Shown: positions 40,701 through 53,869, numbered from the stretch's first letter. The stretch is DNA of 64,000 nucleotides from the human T2T-CHM13v2.0 reference genome, Homo sapiens (GCF_009914755.1 NC_060935.1), one strand, 5' to 3'. Numbers and translations: made by a program. The notes: generated from the sequence alone by a model not told the origin.

Positions 40701-41010
40701 AATAAAATGCCCAAAGTTTGCAAATTGAAAGGACCAAGAAAATTACAAAATAAGAAACTTTTTGCAATATTGATCAAGAAAACAAGACACAAAGAAGTAG
40801 ATTAGAAACAAAAGGGTAATAAAACAGTGCACAGATCAGAAAATTTAAATGGGGATACTGTTTTAAAATACATTACCCCCCAAAATTTAAAAAATTAGAT
40901 AAAACAGAAAATTCCCTAGAAAAATTATAACCTACTATTACTGACTGAAGGTGAAATTTTCTACCTGCACAGGCTATTAATCATTAAATAAATTGAAAAA
41001 GTAGTTCAAA
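37790..41010 (+). mobile_element. Ancient L1M (ME-type) 5' region, with decayed ORF1 and ORF2 endonuclease part
   Basis: Very A-rich; ORF1-like tgacttctca...aatggaatagtatttttaaag...agaattctatactcag; ORF2-like caaaattgagagaactacaaagagaa and gggaatttat...tgcttatattagaaaagaag. Confidence 0.8.
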
Positions 41011-41353
41011 ACATCCACATATTTTTTCTTCCACCTGAATAGCTCTACTTGGCTCACAAGTTCTTCATATACAGAATTTCAAAAAAGCCACCATTCTGTT
41101 TGCTTTGCCTTGGCACACTATCTGTGTCTTCTTTTCAGTTTTATTTTTTACATTGCTAAGCTCTGTTTGGTCTTCTTCTTTTCCCAATTACATAAACAGC
41201 ACTTGCTTTGTGCCAGGCTCTGTTCTAGGTACTTGTGATAAAAAATGAATTAGACATGGTTCCTGCCTCAGAGGGACTCACAGTCTAGTAGAAGTTCAGA
41301 TAAGTCACCAATAATGTAAGAAAGTTAAAGACATTGTGGTATGGGGCATTCTA

Positions 41354-41417
41354 TTAGGCTGGTAGAAAAGTCATCGCGGCTTTTGTCATTACCGCAATTA
41401 CTTTTGCACCAACCTAA
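41354..41417. mobile_element. MADE1 (Hsmar1 MITE) with a central deletion, inside an L2
   Basis: ttaggctggtagaaaagtcatcgcgg ... ccgcaattacttttgcaccaacctaa; TA TSD on both sides. Confidence 0.93.
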
Positions 41418-42829
41418 TAAGTACAGGTTGAGAATGTATACAGTCGTTCTGGATCTGGATCTTCCAAAATGCTATATAGTGTTAGAAGTGAAGAGGTCAC
41501 ACTTTATCAATTTTTTTTTTCTTATTTACATGTTTAAGATTTTAAAGTTCTTGTTTGGAAATAATTTTAAACTTATAGAAAAGGTACAAGGACATTACAG
41601 AAACAAAGAACTCCTGAAAGGATCAACTTAAATCTTAACCTATCAGCCTGGAGGACTGCACCCCACTCTACATGGCATGGGGAGGGGAACACATCAAAGG
41701 GAGAAACTTCCATTAGAGTTCAGCCCTCTGAAAAATGTGTCCCCAGGTGTTCCGGGGAGGGAGAATCCATTATCACGTAGCATCAAAAAACAACACTTTG
41801 TTGCCCATGCTCTCTTAAACTTATATTTATCTGGTTATCCAGCTCCTCCTGATTTCAAAATTTTCTTCACCCAAGATGTCTGGGAGTGTCTAAAAAGTGT
41901 CCTTTCAAATGTAAAGGATTCTTAAATTTAGTGCCACGCACAGTCAAATAAATAGGAAAATGACATTTCTCTTTTTTTACACTGGTTTTTAAATACCTTT
42001 CGCAAAAGGTCAATTCTGGAATTAGTTTGATACAGAAATAATACTTTAGGAAAAATATATTCAAAGAGAATATTTGCTAAAGAAACTATGCCATCAGTGG
42101 TCCAGGGGAAATAAATCAGTCACAGAAGCACTACACAACTTTGTTCTTCTAATTATAGGGCCCCATGGGACCCCCAGTTAGGCAAGTGGCCTCTCTTCCA
42201 TTTTACTCTTGTTTCTTTGGTGAATTCATTTTGGATAAGTATGCCTTAAACTTTCAGCCGGACTTGAGAAAATACCTGTATTTCTCACAGTTTTTTTCAT
42301 TGCAGGCATTTTAAGCCCTATTATTTTAAAAGAAAATAAACGTTGTAAAATTGTTGATGATAGAGATTTCTCTGTGTGGAGTATTTTATGATCCATAGAA
42401 GAGAATTTTATATAATGCCAGTGTAGAGAAAATATTTGAGTTACAGGAACATCTGGCTGACTGTTGGTCACAGGAACTAGGTAAGATTGAATAGAAGCTC
42501 ATTAGTAGGTTTCAACCCTCAAGCTTTTTCCTGTTCTTCAATTCCTTAATCACTTTATTCTTGATTTTCTTTGATTGGAGATTTTGGAGCATCAGCATCC
42601 TATTGTATGACTAATCTTCCCAGGAGATGTTGAGTCTTTCTCTCCTTTCACATTTCACATGTGGCATGAGCCTCTTTTTCCAATGGAAGGGACCAGGCAC
42701 CAAGTAAACCCCAGATAATAGCTCACAGTTTCCTCCACTGACTTCTTAACAGATCACCTCATCCTCTGTTTTAAAATAATCAATGCTTGGACTTTTCAGG
42801 AATTTGGAATGGTTTTTAACTATGGTTAC

Positions 42830-43189
42830 TGATATGGTTTGGCTCTGTGTCCCCATCCCAATCTCATCTTGAATTGCAGTCCCCATGTGGGGCGGACCCA
42901 GTGGGAGGTAATTGAAACATGGGGGTAGTTACCTCCGTGCTGTTCTGGTGATAGTGAGCTCTCATGAGATCTAATGATTTTATAAGGAACTTTTCCCCTT
43001 TTGCTTGGCATTTCTTCTTCCTGCCATCATATGAAGAAGGATGTGTTTGCTTCCCCTTCTGCCATGATTGTTAAGTTTCCTGAGGACTCTCCCACCGTGA
43101 TGAACTGTGAGTCCATTAAACCTCTTTCCTTTATAAATTTCCCAGTCCCACTTATGTCTTAATTAGCAGTGTAAGAATGGATTAATACA
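42830..43189 (+). mobile_element. THE1C-like solo LTR
   Basis: tgatatggtttggctctgtgtcccca...taataca; perfect 5-bp TSD gttac at 42825-29 and 43190-94. Confidence 0.93.
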
Positions 43190-43236
43190 GTTACACATTA
43201 GGGTCAACCAGAGAGCTTTTAAAAACCCCAGTGCCG

Positions 43237-43624
<388 letters not shown>

Positions 43625-43694
43625 ATCAGTCATTCTTAAAGCTTCCGGGTAGTACCAACAACATGCAGCCACAGTAAACAGCCCATGTCTAGGG

Positions 43695-43859
43695 CAGTAT
43701 TTCTTAAACCTGAGTAAGCATAGAGATAACCTGGGCATCTTGTATATAGGCACGTTCTGATTTATTTCATCGGAGGTGGGGCCTGAGAGTCTGCATCTCT
43801 GTGGTGCTCAAAGGTGATGTTGATGCTCCTAGTCCACAGATACGCTTTAAGTAGCAAGG
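43695..43859 (-). mobile_element. MER5A1
   Basis: ggtggggcctgagagtctgcat...ggtgatgttgatgct...ctttaagtagcaagg. Confidence 0.75.
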
Positions 43860-44689
43860 TACTCAGATAAGCTAAGTCGGCACGTGCCTTCCTCCGTTCT
43901 CCTTAATGAGACAGAGTGTTGTCTCATTAAGACTGGATCTGTTTTATGGTGGACATTGGTGCAGACAGGATGTAGACAATATTGCAGTGACTCAACTTCA
44001 CCATCTTGGAGCTTCATGGGACTCTAGGGCCCCAGTAAGTTTCCATAAACTTCTAGGGTGAAACTTACAGGAAAAGTGATTTTCTTAACTCTCCATATTC
44101 AGGAGAGGAGACTGCCCCACCCCTCATTATAATTCCCCTAAGAGGTAGGATCAGGTGCCTGCATCTGTAGGAGAAGTTAAGGAAAGAGTGTTTTAGACAC
44201 TGTAAGACAAGAAGACTGGTTTCTAATGTGTTTACTGAAAAATAAACCCTGTTGACACAGACGGGGCTTGAGGGCTTGACGGTTTTTTAAAACTGATGTT
44301 TCATAGAAGCAGAAACAACTTTTTCCTAGCGGAGCAACCATAAAGACTATGGGGGTAGGTTGTGTTTGAGCAGAATGAGAAAAATTTGGCTGAATAGCAG
44401 TACCTCGGGTGAACTGTATCAGCCTTTCCTCTGGAGAAGTTCAGCATTCTAGCTTCCGTTTCTGTGAACATTCTAATGAATAATAATAAAAATAAAATAC
44501 TTCTTTATGCTATTTACAGAAGTAAGCCAATTCTTTGTTTAAAACAAAATGCATAACAATTCACAAGAGACAGTTTTTATATCCTCATTTAACCTGCTGC
44601 CTCTAGCGGACCTCAGAAGGAACAAATGAAGTTCATCTTTCACTGCTTTCAAAAATGCTTCCTCAAGCAGTTAATCAGATAAAATGGCC

Positions 44690-44850
44690 ATACAGCTCGG
44701 TAGGATATACAAGAATAAGCCTGGATTTTGAAGTCAAACTGTAAACTGTGGCTTTGATCCTTATTCCCTGTGTGGCCTGGGCATGTTTCTTAACCCCTCA
44801 AAGTCTCTAATTTTCATCTGCAAAATGGATAAAACTCCAAGTTCATATCA
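44690..44850 (+). mobile_element. MIR
   Basis: ctgtgtggcctgggcatgtttcttaaccc...tcatctgcaaaatgg. Confidence 0.65.
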
Positions 44851-45964
44851 ATGGCTTTAATCAGTCATAGCTATTAGTACTTTCAAAAATTGTATTGCTT
44901 CTTGATACTTTGTTTTCTTGAAATTAATTAATCCTAGACATAAAAGGATGTTAAAGATTATCAGGTAGCTGGGAACTATTAATATTTGAAAGGTTCTTAG
45001 GCTAAGACTCAGATTCTGGGAAATGAAAGTCTAAGTTGCAAAATATTGAGTATTTAGCACTCAGGGTAGGAAAAGCACATGGTCATTATTTAGTAAACAT
45101 TTTTTCCTTCCCATTTCCTTCTTCCTTCCGTGATGGATTTGGCATAAGGGTCTCAAGCCTAGGTGAACCCACAAGCAGTTTGACCTGGGGCAGAGACCAC
45201 TGTGTAGGCTTTGCCTGAGGGTGGGTGGCAAAGGAGACTTCATCTCAGGAAGAGTGAAGAGTGGGGTCTCCAGGGAAACCAGAGCACGTCAGCCCTTCCT
45301 CTGCATTTCCCCAGAGCAGGCAGAACTCAGCTCCCTGTCTTCTGCGGGCCCGGCTTGTGTGGGCCGCTTTTTCAAGGTACTCTGGGTTTTCTGTAATGGG
45401 AATCTCAACAGATGAGTTGTACAGTGCAATTATGTACATGAATTTGCCATTTCCTATTCTCAGGTTGAATATTTCATACTTGAGAACATGCATAAAATGC
45501 AGTGGCCTTAGGTTTATTCTTCTTCCAGGGAGGTTACCTCTTCAGCCTAAAAAATCTCACAAGATGATGATGGTTTTGTTTATTCAATTTAAACTTTGAA
45601 CTGTAGCTTATTTTCAATCTTCTGTAACATTAATTTGCAGATTGGATCTAATATTTTGTATTTTGAAAAACACTGCTCTCTGAAAAGAAATTAAACACAT
45701 TGTCTTTCATAAAATTTTAGCCTCAGAACAAATGTCTATTTTTACAGGACCTAAATGTAGTTTTAGTTCCTCCCTAAAGAAAGTTAGGTTTTACTCAAAG
45801 AAGGAAAGGATCACAGAAGAAGGATGAGAAAGAGAAATTTAGAAGTGAATCTTTGTCTTTTATGATGGTTAGCCATTCACTGATGGCTGAAATTCTAGAT
45901 AAAAAGATACTCATTTTGATGAGGGTAACTACTGTGTGCCAGACACAGCTAATGAGAGTTAGTT

Positions 45965-46160
45965 AACTATTTATTGTATGCCAGGAATTATTCTAGGCCA
46001 TTTTTATAGCTTTTCCATTTACTTTCCACAGTAGCTTAGTGAAGTAGGCATTAGTTACTCATCTACAGAAATAGGTGAGGGAATTGATTGTTATAGTTTC
46101 AATATATTCCCTGAGATTTACAGCTAATCAGTGGTTGAGCCAGAATCAAATCCAGATCTT
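45965..46160 (-). mobile_element. MIR
   Basis: tatgccaggaattattctagg...cagctaatcagtggttgagccagaatc. Confidence 0.65.
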
Positions 46161-47274
46161 TATATTAATAATACTGTGTGAAAAGATGACCCTTCAAATG
46201 TTAGCAGCTTTTCTCCCTCACTTACTGCCTACTGCTGCTTGGCTGTGATTTGTCTTCAAATCCATACAATTCTATGCCTCAGGTTAAAGGCACAGCCCTG
46301 GCTTATCTCATAGAAAAGAGAGAAGACAGAGAATGGAGCCATGCAATGCTCTACTTCCATAGACAATCCACTGGCTGGAGAAGATCACATGGCCAAGTCT
46401 GCAACACTGTGATGGGGAGACAATGGGGGTGTATAGCCCTCTCACAGGAGCTGAACACCGCGGGCAGTAACACAACCTACTACCCAAGTATTACTCCAAG
46501 TATAGTGTTCTTCCCATTCCACCATATTGTGTAGAAGTTTTGTAAACTGTAGAGTGTTATACAAAATGGGTTATTCACAATATTGATTACACATTTATGA
46601 AATCATAGGTTTCAGTTTTTGTTTTACCTTTAAATACTATGCCAAAATGTATATAAAAGCAAAATTTCATTATGGAGATGAATAAGTCTCAGGGCCTATC
46701 TGAAACCTAATTTCAGAAGGCCTTTTTTATGCCTACTGAAGTAAATATGCTCAAATCTATTTGTAAAATTTATATTTATTATGAAAATTGTGATCAATCA
46801 TGACTACATAAGTCACTTGGGCTAAAGAAACCCACTATGTCTGGCCATATTTACCCAGTGATTTCAGCGAAAGCAAAGAAGTTCACCTCTCTCCCTCCTT
46901 ACCCCATCATCCTTCAGACCCAGTCTCAGCACAGACCCTACGCTGCCATCATCCCTCCTGCCTTCTGATATACATCCCAAGGGTTTATGAGAACATGCAT
47001 AAAACACATTAGACTTTCTGATTATGTATTTAGTATTCCAACTATCCTAATTTAAGCATGTGGAGAATGACTTGTTATTGGGGAAAAGAAGCCACTGAGG
47101 AATTTTCTGTCTCTACAATAATAAATTCAGTAAATACAATAACATATTGTACTAATTCAAGGAGCTCAAAGCATTTCCAAAGACAGGAGCAACATCCCAG
47201 TGAAGGCAAGAATATAGCCTTACATTCTAGCTGGGCTATTACTCTAGCACCATCCTACAAAGCACCCCCTCCAT

Positions 47275-47320
47275 CACACACACACTTACACACACACACT
47301 TACACACACACACACACACT
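47275..47320 (+). repeat. Interrupted (CA)n microsatellite
   Basis: CA runs with tta interruptions. Confidence 0.9.
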
Positions 47321-47685
47321 CTTATTGCAAACATACCCTAGGCAAGTGTGTTAAACATCATTTCACTCCCTGGTGGAAGGCACAACTACTAGCAGTTGTC
47401 TTAAAGTGAACATGGCTTTGAAAAAAGAACAATTTGGTAAGGGAACTAATATTTAATAATGCAATGGGTATTTTGCTCAGGGCTTTGCATATGTATTGAA
47501 GGCTATTTTATCTTTTCATGTCTCAGTTTCCCCACATGTATTAGTAACAATAAAAAATAATCAATTGCTTTGAGTTGCAATTCTCTCATCTTTATAATAA
47601 GAATAATGATACTTAATTCAAAGACCATTAAAATATATAAAGATATACAAATGCCTGACATAGCTGCTGGTACAGAGAAAGCTCC

Positions 47686-48012
47686 TGTGATGGCCAATTT
47701 TGTGTGTCAAGTAAACTAGGCCCAAGTCTCCATTTATTCAATCAAAAACTCATTTAGGTCTTGCTGTGAAGGTATTTTGTAGTTACGATTAACATCTACA
47801 ACCAGTTGATTTTAAGTAAGGGAGATTATCCTAGCTAATTCAGGAAGGCAGGAATCAATCTGTTGAAAGGCCTTAAGAGCTGAGCTGAGGCTTCCCTAAA
47901 GAATAAATTCTACCAGTGGACAGCAGCTTCAGCTTGTACCTCAGCATTCTAGACTGCCCTCCCTGATAGCCTGTGCTTCCAATTTTGGACTTATCTAGCC
48001 AGCCCCCACAAT
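47686..48012 (+). mobile_element. MLT2D-like LTR (ERVL), 3'-truncated
   Basis: tgtgatggccaattttgtgtgtcaa...ttgctgtgaaggtattttgtag...gttgaaaggccttaagagc...gccagcccccacaat. Confidence 0.82.
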
Positions 48013-48014
48013 GG

Positions 48015-48165
48015 GCTCCTCAGGAGATGGTGAGGTCCCTATCACTGATGAATGTAAGGGGAGGCTAGGCAACCACTTGAACGTGATGCAGAGGTGATTC
48101 AAAAAGCAAGTTGTGATTAGCTTTGAGGGATTTTAAGTTTCTTTCCAACTGAAGTCCTGGATTCC
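48015..48165 (+). mobile_element. L3/CR1 3' fragment
   Basis: ggtgaggtccctatcactg...gaggctaggcaaccactt...ctttccaact. Confidence 0.6.
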
Positions 48166-48679
48166 ATTTGCCAATTGTTCCTATTAACATTCTTGGGGAA
48201 CCTAGGCTCAGAAGAAGGAAGGGAGTCCAATAGCTAAGAATAAATACAAAACAATGGTCCAGAAATGTTAGGTATGTGAACACTGCTAAACTCAGACGTC
48301 TGCTTTGGCAGTATAGTAGAGCAGACACCCTGAAAGGTCCTACTTTAAAACAACTAGATGCTAGATAAAATATTCCATTTAAAGATATTGCTTGCTTTTA
48401 AGGAATTAAAGAGAAAACTCCAAGACCTACTAATTCCCCCAAATTGAAGAAATCAAAATATGAGATGTTCTGCCAAAAAATGTGTACTTTTACATTTGAC
48501 CAAAAAGGGGTCAAATGTAAAATGACGGAATGGTGAGGACATTGGCAGGAGAGCTTATGTGTAGGCAGTGTGGTCTGTCTCTAAAATCAGATACAAGCAG
48601 AGTCATATTTCAGCTCTACAGATAGTATTTTAACCTGAGGGGCTAAATAAGAACAAATAAACAGATCTAAAGGAAATGA

Positions 48680-49015
48680 GAATAAATAAAGTAATCCAAA
48701 CACTGAGTCTTGGAGCCTCCAACATTCAGACTGAGGAGATGAGGAGGAACCAGCCCTGGAGCCTGGGAAAAAGAAGGTAAGAGTAAATCTAAAGAATGTG
48801 GTGATCTGGATACTAAATGATGAAAGCATTTCTGGGAAGATAGAGTGATCATTGGAAACAAATGCTGTGATATTTTAAGTAAGTTTAAGTCTGAAAATTG
48901 ATTATTCTATTTAGTAATATGGAATAATTGGTGATCTTCAGTAAAGCAGTTGCTGTGGCATATTTGGGTGTGAAAGCCTAATTGGAGAAGGTTCAAGAGT
49001 AAATGGACAGAGGAA
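48680..49015 (-). mobile_element. L2 fragment
   Basis: gagatgaggaggaaccagc...caaatgctg...gtgaaagcctaattggag. Confidence 0.65.
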
Positions 49016-49039
49016 CAAATGTAACCATACTGCAAAAAA

Positions 49040-50226
49040 GCAATGAGCCACATCCAAGTTGTGGGGCATTATACAGAACAGAAGCCTGGTTTCTTCAAAT
49101 AAGTGAATGAGAGAGAAGAAGGTGGAGGGTGGGGTACGTTTTAGCTTAAAGAGAATGAAGACACATCACAACCAAATAAAAACTATAGCCCTTATTTGCA
49201 TTCTGATTAAAACAAACTAAAAAATTAGACAAACTTACATATGTGACTGATTATTAGATAATATTAAAATTTGTGGCATATAAAAAATGTCCTTTTTATT
49301 ATTTTTGATACATTATTGATATAGACAGGAGACAGGGAAATACTGGGTAGAAGAGGGTGGTTCCCCAGCAAAGGCCTCACTCTCAAGCCTGGAAACCTGC
49401 GGCCCTAAATGGGAATAAGCATTCCTATTTTCACGCCTCAAAGTTGCCTTTTGGCCCACCATGGACCCCTATCCTGTACCCATATAAGCCCCAAACCCCT
49501 GGATCTAGAAAGAGAGCAGCAGACCATCAAAAGAGTGGTAGAGAAGGAGAGAAGAGACGGAACATTGGGAGGAGTTTAGCTGGAGACGGTTGGAAAATTG
49601 GCCACTGGATGGCCAAACTCCAGGGGAAGATCATTGTCCCACTCCATCCCCTTTCGAACTCATCTAGCCCACTGAGAGTCACCTCCACCACCCAAGAAAC
49701 CCCCAGCATTCACCATCCTTCGAGTCTGTGTGTGACCTGATTCTTCCAGGATGCTTGACAAGAGCTCAAGATACAGAAAGCTGTCACACTGGCCCTCTGC
49801 CCTTGCAAAAAGGCAGAGGGTCCACTGAGCTGGTTAACACCTAAGCTATCCTTGGATGGCAAGGCTAAAAGAGCAAAATGTAGCACACGCTGACTTGGGA
49901 TCCAGGAGTTTCAGGCTACCACCCCTTGATGCTGCCATGGGGAAGGAGCCCAGGGGTGCTTGCCCTGGTTCCTGGACCCGTCAGTCTGTGTGGTCCCCCT
50001 CCCATAAGGGGTTTGAATAGTGCTGATGACCAAACAGACAAGTCACACCCCTGTTGCATGTTCTGCAAAGAGGGAGAGAGAACTCATTTCATTATGATGT
50101 ACTTGTGGGACAAAATGACATGCTCTTTGGGATTTGCTTTAGACTCCAGGAATAAAAGCAGCGGGCATGGGGACTTATGCTCTCTACTGTTATGAATATT
50201 TGAAAATTGACATAATAAAAGTTTAA
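49040..50226 (+). mobile_element. Old L1M (ME3/MC-type) 3' end, split by LTR1
   Basis: cctggtttcttcaa...acaaccaaat before the LTR; tgggatttgcttt...tttgaaaatt..cataataaaa after it. Confidence 0.6.
49317..50091 (+). mobile_element. LTR1-family (LTR1B-like, HUERS-P2/ERV1) solo LTR
   Basis: tgatatagacaggagacagggaaatactgggtagaagaggg...tttca; 4-bp TSD ttat at 49313-16 and 50092-95. Confidence 0.88.
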
Positions 50227-52164
50227 CAGAGAGAGAGAAAATACAAAGTACTTTAATTTTATCTCTACTGGAATCAAAATGCTGTTTAGGGCCAATGGTA
50301 GGTAGGATCAGAGTGGTCCCAAGCAGAAGGAAGTACACATCCTTGGGAAGAAAGGGTCCCAATAAAGGCCAGGATTTCCACAGATTAAATGCAATGAAAT
50401 GTAGAATCTCAATCAAGCATCACCAGACACCCAGAAAAAGATCCACTGTAAATTATTTCTCTGCTGGAGAAGTTACCCTGAATGCAGCAGAGAGACAGGA
50501 ATAAAATAGGGAGAGAGGTAAAGGGATATGGAAGTCATAATCAGTATCATCTAATATACACTGGGATGCCAGAAGAATAGATTGGAGAAGAAACATTTGA
50601 AGAGGAAATGACTGTAAATTTTTCAGAATGAATGAAAGATATGAATTCACTGATACAGGAAGCATACAATTTATCAAGCAGGATAAATAAAAAGAAACCG
50701 ACATCTACCCATGATGACATGAAAATGCACAATACCAAAGATATCAAGATCTTAAAGTAACCAATGGGAAGAAAAAAACCAGGTCACTTATGAGGGAGCT
50801 ACGAGTAGGCTGATAGAAGAAATGATGGAAGCCAGAATATGTTGAAATAGTAACTTTAAAATGCTGAGATCAAATGAATCTCAACCTAGAAATATGTGCC
50901 CAGAAAAACTATCTTAGGTTGAGGATAAAATAAAATAGTTTTAGAGAAACAAAAGCAGAGCTTACTGAAAGCTGAGCAACAGTCCTTAATTAAAGGACTT
51001 AATTAAAGTTGTAATTTAGTAGAAAACAAAATGAACTTCCAGGGAAGTTATGAGAAAAACAAATGGAAGCACATAAATTGATAAATATGTAGATAAATCA
51101 ACAGAAATAGTCTGTATAGAATAATAATAAAGTATTATTTAAAGAGTTATACATTACCAAACCAAAATAGTATAACATGTAAATTAGCTGAGTGGAAGTG
51201 ACTGAAGTTAAAATACATGCAGTTGTCTTGAAGATTAAAATATTAATGTTACACTGTGTTACACTTGGTGAAAAAAAGCAACTACTTAAGAATAGATAAA
51301 GAATATGTATGTTCCAAAGTAGTGTTTGTTGAGGGGGATGTGGAATAAGTAAATAAACCAACCTATCAGCCAACCAACCAACTGCTTCAATCAAAAAACA
51401 AAAAGCAAGAAAGTGGAAGTTTTGAAAAATAGGACAAATGGAAAGCAAAAATGAGATGTTAAAACAAGTCTAATCTCCAATGTGTATAACTTCAGGTATT
51501 CATCTTAAGGAAGAAAATATTACTGAGAACAGAAAAGGTTACCTGATAACAAAAATTCTTCACTAGAAATATATAACAATCCTAGCCTTGTATGCATATA
51601 ACAAAATATTTTATACACGTATCTGAATAATTTTAAATGTATAAGGCAAAAGTTGATAGAAATATATCAAAAAATTGACAATTCCATCATAGCGACAAAA
51701 TTGAATATACTTCTCTCAATTTTTGATAGATGAAACAGAAACCCTACCCAAAACAACAAAATGTAGAATATCTAGCCAACAATTAAAAAGTTTTATTTAA
51801 AAGACATATATAGACCCTTCTACCTAGAAAATTAGCCAATATGCATTATTCTCAAAAACCCATGAAACATTTACAAACCTGATCATGTATCAATCTATAT
51901 AAAGCAAATCTCACTGCATCAGAAAAAGTTAATATTATACTGACCATATTGTCTGATCTCAATACAATTAAAAGTCACTAAGGAGATGTGTAAATATAAA
52001 ATCCCCACACATTTGAAATTAAAAATAAAATGCTTCCAAATAACTTATAGGATAAGAACAGACAATAGAAATTATATATATATACACACACACATACACA
52101 TATACACATGTAATTAAAATCCTACATATAAAATTCTACATATAAAAATTTGCAGGTTACAGCC

Positions 52165-52266
52165 AAAGTGGTACCACACTTTACTTTTAGATGTTTACCT
52201 TCAGTAAACAGTAAAGTACCACCTTAAGTAAAGTGGTACCACATTTTACTTTTAGATGTTTACCTT
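52165..52266 (+). repeat. 37-bp direct repeat pair with a 28-bp spacer
   Basis: aaagtggtaccaca(c/t)tttacttttagatgtttacctt at 52165 and 52230. Confidence 0.95.
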
Positions 52267-52283
52267 AAAGAAAAAAGGCTTAA

Positions 52284-52451
52284 GGGTGTAGTGGTGGGTG
52301 CCTATAGTCCCGCCTACTAGGGAGGTTGAGGCAGGAGAATGGCATGAACCCAGGAGGCGGAGCTTTCAGTGAACTGAGCTTTCAGCGCCACTGCACTCCA
52401 GCCTGGGCAACAGAGTGAGATTCCGTCTCAAAAAAAAAAAAAAAAAAAAAA
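52284..52451 (+). mobile_element. AluY right monomer (5'-truncated insertion)
   Basis: gaatggcatgaacc, gagctt, long A tail; flanking aaggcttaa repeats. Confidence 0.9.
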
Positions 52452-53664
52452 GAAAAAAGGAAAAAAGAAGGCTTAAAATGAACTAGCTAATCATTTAATT
52501 TAAATGTTAGAAAAAGTATAGTAGACTCCATTGGAAAGCAGAAAGAGGGAGATAAGAAAAATAATACATACTAATATAGAAAAAGAAAGCAAAGACACGC
52601 TAGAGAAAATAAGACTAAGTTTTTGAAAAGACCAATTAAATAGATACAACTGTCAGATTTGATCAAGGAAGCTACATAGTAAGCAGCACTTAAAACACTG
52701 TGAATGAAATCCAAGACATAATTACATATAAACGACATATCAATATGAACAACTTCATGACAATATCTTACTAATCTCAGAGAGTGGAGTTGGTTATTAT
52801 CCTTATTTTGTAGATAAACCTAAGGCTAATCACATACCACTCCCCTTATGGACTTCGTGACTTTTTCCAGGGTAAGCAGAGAATAAGTTGAAAAGCCAAA
52901 TTCCAAACCCAGTTTTAAAATCACAATCTCTTGCTTATGAATGACAAACAACTCTCCCAAACTATCTGGCCAAAAATATATATAATGTAACTAAAAGAAG
53001 TTGTAATGGGGATCATAAAATAATTGCTTGAAATATTTAAGCTAACTTGGAGCAAGAGAAAGGGTGAAAAGATTGGAGTAATGCCACAGGACATTCTCCT
53101 GACTTCATCTCCTTTCAAATCTTCTGAATTTCATCATTAAAAGCTCTCTACAGTTTTTCATTATCAAGTCCTCAGATGTAGTCTCCTGCCAAACCACACT
53201 CTTAACTCCTCTCTTTCCAGTTTCTTTGCAGCCCGCCTGGTTTACGTATAGTGTTTGAAATTCTTCAGTTCATCAGGTATGCAAATAAGGCCTCATTTGA
53301 AGGCGCCAAAAGTCACAATGGACATAGCAGGTAACTTAATGGAATGGTCCATAAAAAAAAAACCTTAGACATATTGCTAGTGGCCAGAGCTGCAGAAGGT
53401 AAGCTTGTCTTTAGTGGGGGCATAGATGAACTGAAGGGAATGACGGAGCTTAATAACCTAGTCTTTGCTGGACATTAAGTCATCAGGTGGTCCTGTGAGA
53501 AAAGCTGGACAGAAACTGTTGAGATAGGTATGAACAACTCTATGGTCCATTCTGAAGGTCTGATTGGGAATTACGAGGAGTTCAAGAGGTGCGGCTTATG
53601 TACAACCGTACACATCTTGGCTTCCTCTCCAAGCATCCTTACTTAGCACAAGGGGAGGAAGGAC

Positions 53665-53850
53665 ATACTCACTGAGCAGCTCCTATGTGGAAGTGCATTA
53701 CACCCTTGTGTACAGTAACCCTATAGCAACCTTGTGGGGCAAGCTCTCTCAACCCCATTTCATGGGTAAGGAAATGGTAGCTTAGAGGTAGAGTACCTTG
53801 CTCAAGGACTCACAAAGAGTAGAGTCAGATTCATGATTTCATTCTGGCTT
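53665..53850 (-). mobile_element. MIR
   Basis: ccccatttcatgggtaaggaaa...ccttgctcaagg. Confidence 0.62.
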
Positions 53851-53869
53851 GAAAGGCCATACTCAGAAA

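Larger units (their letters stand above)
50380..52770 (+). mobile_element. Ancient L1M (ME-type) ORF1-ORF2 remnant
   Basis: aatttttcagaat...caagcaggataaataaaaagaaa...caacctagaa...ccagaaaaactatc; ORF2-like catgaaacatttaca. Confidence 0.78.

Noticed and set aside
52165-52266. Repeat-spacer-repeat (37/28/37 bp) resembling a minimal CRISPR array; also the 36-, 44- and 31-bp repeats
   Set aside because: Only two copies each, no unique foreign spacers, no cas genes, and a primate genomic context. They are local duplications.
53232-53398. Plus-strand exon-like segment (ctttgcag ... AAG|GTAAGC)
   Set aside because: No partner exon or recognisable coding content, and it opposes the inferred transcription direction.
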